Source: Myxococcota bacterium (GTDB lineage: Bacteria; Myxococcota_A; UBA796; SXON01). Taken from it: a stretch of 64,000 nt of DNA. Positions 1 to 7,474 of the stretch are shown here, one piece after another. The number at the start of each line of letters is the position of its first letter. Within the stretch, counting starts at the first letter, position 1. Under the pieces are notes generated by a model. That model saw nothing but the letters and a program-made list of their open reading frames with translations. It was not told the DNA's origin and ran no database searches. The position numbers and the translations under genes were made by a program. The stretch lies in the NCBI GenBank assembly GCA_040386535.1, contig JAZKFH010000003.1, positions 1 through 64,000 of the forward strand, in the 5' to 3' direction.

Positions 1-175
1 CCTGCGTCTCCGCGGTGGCGATCACGGCGTCCGCGAGCGTCTCCGACATCTCCTTGGCCTTCGAGATACGCCCGCCCAGGCTCTTGACCTTGTCGAGCGC
101 CTCGGAGAGGACGCCGTTCTTCTTGCTGTCGGGAACCTTCTCGCCTGCGACGGCCTTGGAGAGAGCGGTGCTCAT
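1..175 (-). CDS. Hypothetical protein, 5' part only (MSTALSKAVAGEKVPDSKKNG...), runs off the window
   Basis: ATG at 175 preceded by GAGGAAG RBS; high-GC3 codon usage; open to position 1; not in the supplied ORF track. Confidence 0.75.
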   Translation of the reverse strand, partial: MSTALSKAVAGEKVPDSKKNGVLSEALDKVKSLGGRISKAKEMSETLADAVIATAETQ

Positions 176-285
176 GGGGGTGACTTCCTCGGGAATGGAC
201 CGGCGGGCCGGTCAGAGTGGGGGGCCGGCACAACCCGGCCGACACAAACCAACTATGGGCCCCGAACCGGCACAGGAAGGGACTT

Positions 286-556
286 CCGCTTACCGCTTCC
301 TACCGCGCCCCATCGACATCCTGGCGGTAAGTGTCACCCCGCCGCGGTAGACGATCGGGGGCGCGTGGAAAGCGAGCGCGCCACGCGGTAGGCGCCCCCC
401 GAGGCCGCGGTAAGCGTGCCTCGAAACCGATCGTGGCGCGGTAGGCGACGCCTGGGCGCGCGGTAAGTCAATTCCAAGCCGCGGAAACCACTGCGGTAAG
501 GAATCAACCTGGCGCGGTAGGTGCGCGCGGTAAGCGCGGTAGGAGGCGGTAAGCGG
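286..556. repeat. Iteron-like array of GCGGTA(A/G)G octamers bounded by a 23-bp inverted repeat
   Basis: Forward copies at about 324, 344, 385, 407, 438, 460, 493, 514, 527, 536 and 546; reverse copies at 289 and 299; 286-308 versus 534-556 is a 22/23 inverted match. Confidence 0.9.
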
Positions 557-634
557 TTTTTCCGCCCGTGGAAGCGGTGCTGAGATACGGTTTCAGCACG
601 GTTGGCGACCTCGCCGGCCCCCGGAAATCGACCG

Positions 635-1660
635 ATGTCACGATACGTATACGACTCCCTGGAAACGATCGAGCGGCGCATCCGCCAGGTGCGCGCCGAC
701 ATCGGCTACGTCTCCGTCTCCGAGGTGGTGGACCGCCACCACATCGAGGGGATCGGCCGCGTCGACTTCACGGAGACGGACCTCGCGCCGTATGCGTTCG
801 ACCCCGCACCTCCCGCCGAGTTCGAGGAGGCGGGCGAGCTCGGAGAGCTCGGTGACGCCGCGACGCTCGACGACCCCGCTCTGAGGCTCGCGGAGGGAGT
901 GTGTCGTTGGATCCGGGAGACGGCCGCCCAGAACATGCCGGGTCGGGCCGATTGCCGGTTCCGCGTGTTCGTGTGGCGTCCGAAGGGCGAGCAGATCCTG
1001 TTCTCGGCGCGCTTCGGCTGCATGGATCCGACGTTCGACCCGGACGCGCCGGTCGCGCCGTCGGTGCCCGCATCCACCGCGCTCCCGGCTTCGTCCTTCC
1101 CCGCCCCCACGGTGGCCGCCGCGCCCGCGCACCCCTCGCTCGAATCCCTCCCCGAGGCCCGTGTCTGGGGCGCGCTGGGGGGCGGCTACACCCACCTCAT
1201 CGAGCTCCTCCAGAAGTCCTACGCCCACCTCGCCACGCTCCAGAACACCACCATCTCGAACCAGAACACGCAGATCCTGCGGCTCCAGCGGGTGCTCGAG
1301 GAGCTGATGGGCGAGGTGGTCAAGATGCGGGTCGGCGTCGCGGAGGCGGACACCACGCGCCGCGAGGACGTAGACGCGAGCCGCATGCGCGAGGAGCTCG
1401 GCAAGCAGTTCATCTCGGAGCTCGGGACCTTCGGCCGCGTCTTCGCCTCCGCCAAGTTCGGCATGGCGCCCGAGCTGATGGAGCTCGCCGAGATCGTCAA
1501 CGCGTCGCCCGAGCTGTTGGACGCGATGAAGAACCCGGAGGTCCGCAAGATGCTCCGGGAGGAGAAGACGCGGAAGGAGCTCGCCGAGTTGCTGATGATG
1601 GCCGCTCGCTCCGCCGCGCCCCCGAACGCTTCGCCGCAGGACCAGCCCGCCGCGGCCTGA
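635..1660 (+). CDS. Hypothetical protein with Pro/Ala linker and C-terminal helical or coiled-coil region
   Basis: ORF 602..1660 with likely ATG at 635 (MSRYVYDSLE); coding-like codon bias; operon with next two genes. Confidence 0.8.
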   Translation: MSRYVYDSLETIERRIRQVRADIGYVSVSEVVDRHHIEGIGRVDFTETDLAPYAFDPAPPAEFEEAGELGELGDAATLDDPALRLAEGVCRWIRETAAQNMPGRADCRFRVFVWRPKGEQILFSARFGCMDPTFDPDAPVAPSVPASTALPASSFPAPTVAAAPAHPSLESLPEARVWGALGGGYTHLIELLQKSYAHLATLQNTTISNQNTQILRLQRVLEELMGEVVKMRVGVAEADTTRREDVDASRMREELGKQFISELGTFGRVFASAKFGMAPELMELAEIVNASPELLDAMKNPEVRKMLREEKTRKELAELLMMAARSAAPPNASPQDQPAAA

Positions 1661-1696
1661 CCCGCTCTCCCAACCGTCCACCCCCCAGGAGGCTCC

Positions 1697-2257
1697 ATGT
1701 CGGAGACCCGCGCTACCCGTCTGCCCCGCATCCGCACCGAGAAGAAGCCCGAGTGGGCCGATGTGATCGACCGCTTCTACGCCGACAGCTTCGACGGCCG
1801 CACGAAGGAGGCGCTCCTCGAGTCCGCCGAGGCCTTCGCCGAGATGGAGCCCGAGGAGCAGGCGTTCCACCAGGCGCACCTCACCTTCCGCCAGGTCCAG
1901 GCGCTCGCGGACATCCACGCCACGCTCAAGGGCATCCAAGCCGCGCTCGGCGGGCTCGACCCGAAGGCGCTCACCGCCCTGCGGCACCTCCCCGGCATCC
2001 GCAAGGCGCTGGTCGTCATCGCCAAGGGGCAGGACGAGATGCTCGACCTGCTCGAAGGCGCAGCCCGCGGGCGCGAGGGCGACGCCGATGCCGATGAGGA
2101 CCCCGCCGACGACGAGAACAACGGAGACGAAGACACCGACCTCGAGGAAGCGATGGAGGTCGAAGAAGAGGACCACGGCAACGGGGACGCCCTGGTGCCC
2201 GAGGTGCTCCCCGCCAGCGCGCGGCGCTCCCCCGCGGACGCGACGGAGGGCGCGTGA
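1697..2257 (+). CDS. Hypothetical protein with acidic C-terminal tail
   Basis: AGGAGG RBS; D/E-rich tail; stop overlaps next start (GTGA). Confidence 0.85.
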   Translation: MSETRATRLPRIRTEKKPEWADVIDRFYADSFDGRTKEALLESAEAFAEMEPEEQAFHQAHLTFRQVQALADIHATLKGIQAALGGLDPKALTALRHLPGIRKALVVIAKGQDEMLDLLEGAARGREGDADADEDPADDENNGDEDTDLEEAMEVEEEDHGNGDALVPEVLPASARRSPADATEGA

Positions 2258-2742
2258 ACCCGGCTCTTCGCGAGGACCGCTCGGCGCTGCGGGTCAACCT
2301 CACCGCGCCGACCACGGCCGTGCGTCTCGGCCCGTTCTCCTTCGACGGGCTCAAGGCCCTCGTCGGCGTGGACCTCGCCGAGGCGCTCTCCCCGCTGATG
2401 ATCGGCTCGCGCTACCAGCGGTCCGGCACCGCCGGCCCGGTCGACGTGTACCCGCTCGCCATCCCGGACGGCGAGGGGCTCTCCATCCCCGTGAAGCTCA
2501 TGGGCGAGATCGGCTTCTACAACCACCACGGCGCGCTCGTGCTCATCGTGCCGCCGGCCGCCGTCGACGTGCTCCGGGCGCAGCTCGCCGTCGAGCTCGC
2601 TGCGGGCGAGGCGCTCGGGCCGCGGTTCACCTCGGGGGCGAGCGGAGGAACGGTGGCCGAGTTCGCCGTGCGGCTTCGGCCGGGGATGAGGAAGGCGGTG
2701 CCGTTGGGGCGATTTGGGGAGATTGGCGTGGAGGCCGCGTAG
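2254..2742 (+). CDS. Hypothetical protein
   Basis: GTG start coupled to upstream stop, GGAGG RBS, coding-like codons. Confidence 0.8.
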   Translation: MNPALREDRSALRVNLTAPTTAVRLGPFSFDGLKALVGVDLAEALSPLMIGSRYQRSGTAGPVDVYPLAIPDGEGLSIPVKLMGEIGFYNHHGALVLIVPPAAVDVLRAQLAVELAAGEALGPRFTSGASGGTVAEFAVRLRPGMRKAVPLGRFGEIGVEAA

Positions 2743-2784
2743 TACTCGGCGGGGCCCCACCCCGGGGTCATCCCGTCCCCGCGT

Positions 2785-3054
2785 TCACGCGGCTTCGCCC
2801 GGTGGGCGCCATCCGAGCGCCCTTGCTGCATCGATCGCCGTCCGGTGGATACCTGGGGTCGACCACCCGCTTTGCACGTTGACGGGCTGCGACCGCCATG
2901 ATCCGCCGGTGGTGAACACGCCTCCGTGGATGGGGTGGCCCGCCTTCCACCGCCCGGGGATGTCGGGCGCCGCTTCGGGGTGCCGCTCGCACACCCACGT
3001 GGGGTCCGCGTTCCAGAGGCTGATGAGGTCGAGTTCCACGCGCTCGTCGAGCAT
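2785..3054 (-). CDS. Small hypothetical protein (89 aa, MLDERVELDLISLWNADP...)
   Basis: GAGGAG RBS 7 nt before ATG at 3054; lies within ORF 2785..3168. Confidence 0.6.
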   Translation of the reverse strand: MLDERVELDLISLWNADPTWVCERHPEAAPDIPGRWKAGHPIHGGVFTTGGSWRSQPVNVQSGWSTPGIHRTAIDAARALGWRPPGEAA

Positions 3055-3228
3055 GATTTGTCTCCTCGATTGCAGGGTCGCTGCTGTGCCCGTCGTTCGC
3101 TCTCGTTGTAGCGGGTACGCGATCCCATTCGCCACCGAACTATTGTCAACGAACGGTCCAAACTCCAAAACTGGGACCCGCTCTTCCCGGCGGTCTGATT
3201 CAAGGGCGGCGGCGCGAAGGCGCTGTAC

Positions 3229-3515
3229 CTGGCAGACCTGCCGGTACCTGCGAATAGGACCTAATCAACCATGATAACCAGCGTTTATCCAGCATTATCG
3301 AACGCTGGCAGACTTGGCGGACCTCTCTACGCTACTCTATATGAAGGAAGCCCTTTCGCAGCATGACCTATGGGGAGAAACAGAATCTCTTGCGCTTACT
3401 TGGCTACAGTAGGTCTGCCACGTCCCGCACCCGGTAGAAGTGCTCCGTATACGCCGGCATTCTCTGTTGACCTTCGGCTTTTGGCAGGTCCGCCAAGGTC
3501 AAGCAGGTCTGCCAG
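3229..3515. repeat. Converging TGGC(A/G)GAC(C/T)T repeats around an AT-richer core; candidate replication origin
   Basis: Three forward copies (3230, 3306, 3315) and three inverted copies (3411, 3486, 3505); perfect IRs 3229-3241/3503-3515 and 3313-3324/3486-3497. Confidence 0.8.
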
Positions 3516-3596
3516 CCAGACAGCCGAGAACCGCCCGGGCAGACTCGGGGGTACCCAGCGAACATCCACGCGCATGCCCGTCCAAGCGTTAGACGC

Positions 3597-3900
3597 ATGC
3601 CGATGGACCGCCTCTCGCCCGCGTCGCCGCCGGTCATCGCCTCCAGCCCGGCGAGCGTCCTCCGCACCCGGGTCTCCGCGTTCGACGATCGCTTCGGTGG
3701 CGGCGGCCGGGGCGAGTTCACGTCATCTCCTCGGCCGACGACGCCCACCTGACCGCGCTGGCCGCCCACCGGGCGCGCGAGGCGGCCAGGCCGGCCGGTG
3801 CAGCGTGGCCTGGGCGGACTTCGGGTGGCCCGAGGCGTGGACAGCGCTCGGCGCGCGCTTGGCGGACGTGAGAGACGCGGTCCAGCGCCTGCCGCACGTT
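3597..3900 (+). pseudogene. Possible frameshifted remnant of a RecA/KaiC-like ATPase N-terminus
   Basis: Segments from three frames read LRTRVSAFDDRFGGG-GRGE / VHVISS..LTALAAH.AREAA / GRCSVAWADF, resembling the TG..LD..LGGG..RG pattern without a Walker A lysine. Confidence 0.25.
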
Positions 3901-4024
3901 CATGAGAGGGCGAGGCTCGTGATGCCGGACAGCGACGAAAATCGAGCGAATAACCTCATTTTTCGAGCGTTAGCTCCTTCGCGCCTCGGTCGCCCCGCCC
4001 TTCCTTCGGAGGCGCACCCCGGCA

Positions 4025-6307
4025 ATGGAGCCCACGATGCCCGTCCCGTTCGATCCTAACGCCCCACCCGACGAAGCCTTCTGGGTCCGCGAGCTCCGCG
4101 TCGGCCGCTTCTTCGAGCTCGGTCGACTTGTGCGCGACGGCGGCGTCGGCGTCGAGTTCGACCGTCTTTGGTCCCGATCCGGAGAGCGCGCCGTCGCGCG
4201 CTCGGTCATCGAGGCCTGGGGCTCCGAGCACGGCCACACGCATCTGATGCTCCTCGCGTGGTTCGCAGAGGAGAAGTCGTACCGGGCGATCGAGTCGGCC
4301 TGCCGAGGGGCGCTGCCCGACCCGCTCCGCGCCACCTACCTCGTGGGCTCCCAGCGGCGGCTCGCCGCGCTTGCCGGCCTCCTGCAGCACGCGCCTGGAA
4401 ACCTCGCCGACGTGTACTACTGGGACGCCTGGCTGCCGCGGGGGCGCGCGGCAATGAAGATGCAGGGTCACCAGCGACGCCTCCCTCGCCCGCTCGCCGA
4501 CGCGTCGTGGGACAGCGTCGCGGCCGAAGGGCTGCGCCAAGCCCGCCTGCCGGCGTCCGCGGTGGAGGGACTTCGGTTCGAGCGGGCCCTCGTCCGCGAG
4601 TGGTTCGACGATGCGCTTCTCGTGTTCAGGAGGAACGGCGCCTCCTCAGTCCAGTGGGATCCCGAGGAGGACCGTGCCCGAGCGATGTCGAAGGAGGACC
4701 TGACCTTCCTCCGCTTCCACTCCCGCGGCGCGAGGGTGGACATCACGACCCGCGACATGGACCGCGCCCTGCCCCTGGCCTCGGCCATCGGCACGCTGCT
4801 CTTCGGGGCTGACGTCCAGTACAAGCACGCGCGCGACCCGCTCAACCGCGAGCGGCTCGACGCGTTCCTCGAACGCCTCCTCGACCCCGACGATCCGGCC
4901 TTCCAGCTGCACGAGATCGTGGGGAGCACCGCTGGGCACGCCGACCCCGCGCTCATCACCCTCCACCGCGGGGGCCACGGGCGGGTGGAGGAACTCGCAC
5001 AGGCGGAACGGCGTCAGTTCGGCTTCGCGCGGGACTCGCGACACGTCGACCGCGTGAAGATCAGCTTCACCGACGAGGGCGAGCACTACCGCATGGCGCT
5101 CTTCTTCCCGGAGCCCGACGACGAGGAGAAGGACCTCGCGCTCTCGCTCGCAGACACGAGCACGAACAAGGACACGGTAGATCGCTTTCGCGTGAAGATG
5201 CTCAACGAGCTCGGCGTGGAGATCCATCCCAAGGTGGCAGATGCTCGACGTCGGCGACGCCAGCATGGCAGCGAGTCGCGGCCGCGACCGCTCAAGGCGG
5301 AGCATTACGCCACACTGCTCGCCGGGCGCATCGACGCGCCCGCGGAATGGCAGAGGGAGGAGCTGAAGGACCTCGACCGTCGCGGCTTGATCCGGGCCGT
5401 GTACGAGAGCGTGTTCCGTTGCGGAGACAGCAGCGTCCCAGCGCTCTTCCGCCCTGCGGGGTCGCTGCATTGCACAGCCGAAGTGACGGCCCCGTTCGGC
5501 GTCGTGAGCAGCGAGGACGGGTTCGCCCAGGAGCCCGGCGCCCGTATCCTTTGCGACCACGGGCACGAGTGGTCCCTCGATCGCGTCCGGCCTGCGTGGT
5601 TCCGCCGGGTTCGGGTGCAGGTCCTGGTACCGGCCGCCACGGCCTGGCTTCGGAGCGAGTTGACCCCCAGCCGCTGGGAAGAGGACGAGCCGGGTGTGTA
5701 CACCAAGCTCGTACGGGGCTACGGGCGGCGCGCGCTCGCGGTGCTCGAGGCTGCCCCCCTCATCTGGCGAACTCCAACAGCCCCGAGATGCTGTTGGGCC
5801 GCGCTGGATCCAGGGACCGACACCGAAGGCCTCCACCCGGTCATCAGCCTCGCCGCGCTCCTCGCGGACGGAACCCGAGCCATCCCCCCGGCCGAGGTCG
5901 AGGCCGCCGCCCGCCCGGAGGAGCGGGAAGAGGACTCGTGGGTGGAACCCGACGCCACCGGAGGCATCCGGCGAGGGACCGTGACCTTCCTTGGCCCCCA
6001 GATGCCCCGCTTCCGGCTCCTCTTCGCGCTCCTCCAGGAGTGGGGGGAGAAGCACGGCTGGACCACGCTCGCGAAGCGCAGGGACCTCTGCGCCCTTGAC
6101 GAGAGCCGCACGCTGACGCCCGATTCGATTGCACGGCTCCTTCACGGACTCGACCGCGAGATCGGGAAGGCCTCCGTCGCAGTGCTGTTCGAAAACAAAG
6201 GAAGAAGCGGGCTTCGCCTTCGCGCCCCCCTTCGGGCGCGAGGCTTCCACCTGGACGAGGAGCTCGATCGATTGAAGGACCGTTCGCGTCCACGCCCGGA
6301 AAAATAA
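4025..6307 (+). CDS. Large hypothetical protein (760 aa) with Cys/His clusters and a possible C-terminal winged helix
   Basis: Long ORF; FRCG..LHC and LCDHGH motifs; C-terminus (FRLLFALL...SIARLLHGLDREI...ENKGRSGLRL) resembles an OmpR-type wHTH. Confidence 0.8.
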   Translation: MEPTMPVPFDPNAPPDEAFWVRELRVGRFFELGRLVRDGGVGVEFDRLWSRSGERAVARSVIEAWGSEHGHTHLMLLAWFAEEKSYRAIESACRGALPDPLRATYLVGSQRRLAALAGLLQHAPGNLADVYYWDAWLPRGRAAMKMQGHQRRLPRPLADASWDSVAAEGLRQARLPASAVEGLRFERALVREWFDDALLVFRRNGASSVQWDPEEDRARAMSKEDLTFLRFHSRGARVDITTRDMDRALPLASAIGTLLFGADVQYKHARDPLNRERLDAFLERLLDPDDPAFQLHEIVGSTAGHADPALITLHRGGHGRVEELAQAERRQFGFARDSRHVDRVKISFTDEGEHYRMALFFPEPDDEEKDLALSLADTSTNKDTVDRFRVKMLNELGVEIHPKVADARRRRRQHGSESRPRPLKAEHYATLLAGRIDAPAEWQREELKDLDRRGLIRAVYESVFRCGDSSVPALFRPAGSLHCTAEVTAPFGVVSSEDGFAQEPGARILCDHGHEWSLDRVRPAWFRRVRVQVLVPAATAWLRSELTPSRWEEDEPGVYTKLVRGYGRRALAVLEAAPLIWRTPTAPRCCWAALDPGTDTEGLHPVISLAALLADGTRAIPPAEVEAAARPEEREEDSWVEPDATGGIRRGTVTFLGPQMPRFRLLFALLQEWGEKHGWTTLAKRRDLCALDESRTLTPDSIARLLHGLDREIGKASVAVLFENKGRSGLRLRAPLRARGFHLDEELDRLKDRSRPRPEK

Positions 6308-6386
6308 GGTTCGTCCGTGAGCGGGCCGCGGCGACGGCGTCTCCTGTACAAGTGAACGAACAACCGGAACGGGCGACCTTCCGCCC

Positions 6387-6674
6387 ATGCTCCGGTCTGA
6401 ACCTCCCCTCGCCGACGCCCCCGGCGACCTCGCGATGCTCGCCATCGAGGTCTTCCAGCCCCACTACGACGAGCCCCTCTCGCTCGATCAGGGGCACGGC
6501 ATGACGCGGAGCGTGACGGACGTGCTCACGCTCCTGGGCGAGTGGCGCGCCGACGCGCGTGCCGTCGAGGAGGTTCAGGCACCGGAGCAGGAAGTGGCGG
6601 CGCCTCCGGAGATGGTCTCCGGGAAGCGGCTGCGCCGGCCTCGCGGCCGGAAGTTCCCCCCGGAGATGCCTTGA
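6387..6674 (+). CDS. Small hypothetical protein with basic RRPRGRK tail
   Basis: 95-aa ORF whose stop overlaps the TTG start of the Bro-N gene. Confidence 0.6.
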   Translation: MLRSEPPLADAPGDLAMLAIEVFQPHYDEPLSLDQGHGMTRSVTDVLTLLGEWRADARAVEEVQAPEQEVAAPPEMVSGKRLRRPRGRKFPPEMP

Positions 6675-7474
6675 ATCCCTACACCGGCCTTGCTCTCGTC
6701 TCCCTGCTCGGCGGGCGGCGCCTCGACACCTTCCTACTCGATGGCAAGCCGATCTGGCGATGCACGCAGGTGGGAGACCTCCTCGACTACCCGAACCGCG
6801 GCCGCCGCCTGGGCACCTTGGTCACGAGCGAGTGGCAGCGCGAGTTCACGGAGGGGGAGGCCTACGTCATCCCCGCGGCGGAGGCGCTCGCCGAGTTGCT
6901 GGGCGGCCCTGACCCTCGTGCGGCGCGCGCGGCGCACCCCCTCTTCCTCACGTCGGCCGGGTTCCGCCGGGTCCTCGGGAAGACGCCGACTCCGGCGGGC
7001 GCCCGCCTCCTCTCGATGCTCGACGACGGGGTGCTTCCGCGGATCGCGCAGCACCCCCGCGCGGCGCCCGCTAAGGACGGAAGCGAGCTCGTGCTCATCG
7101 TCCTCGTCCCCCGTACCGACCGACCGGAAGCCCGCGGGCGGCACGCGTTCGACCACCTCGTCCAGCGCGCCCTCGAGTCCGGGCTGGTGCGTGGCGCGGT
7201 TCGCACGCTGCTCCTGTTCACCTCGCTCTCGGAGCCCCAGCCGGACGACCGCTGGTACTCGTCGGCGGAGATCGCCGCCGCTGCGGGGGCGTCCGAGGAG
7301 GCTGTCGCCTTTGCGATTCGTCAGCTCGGGATCCGAGGGGCCCCTGCCTACTCCCGGGCGGCCGTCGGAGGAGCCCGCGACGGTGGGCCACTGCTTTCAT
7401 TCGCCTACAACGAGAAGGGCGCGCGGATGATCGTGGCCGTCGTTCGCGAGACTCCGCCCGAAAGCGCGTCGTAA
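6671..7474 (+). CDS. Bro-N (BRO family) phage antirepressor-like protein
   Basis: DGKPIW..TQVG.LLDYPNRG and FLTSAGF.RVL.K..TPAG.RL...L...VLPRI pattern; TTG start overlaps upstream TGA; GGAG RBS. Confidence 0.75.
   Translation: MNPYTGLALVSLLGGRRLDTFLLDGKPIWRCTQVGDLLDYPNRGRRLGTLVTSEWQREFTEGEAYVIPAAEALAELLGGPDPRAARAAHPLFLTSAGFRRVLGKTPTPAGARLLSMLDDGVLPRIAQHPRAAPAKDGSELVLIVLVPRTDRPEARGRHAFDHLVQRALESGLVRGAVRTLLLFTSLSEPQPDDRWYSSAEIAAAAGASEEAVAFAIRQLGIRGAPAYSRAAVGGARDGGPLLSFAYNEKGARMIVAVVRETPPESAS

Noticed and set aside
286..556. CRISPR array
   Set aside because: Repeat unit is only 8 bp with irregular short gaps; no 25-40-bp repeats with unique spacers and no cas genes
3370..4059. 229-aa ORF
   Set aside because: Crosses the repeat region, has low-complexity Arg/Pro composition and overlaps the next gene; at most part is a pseudogene fragment
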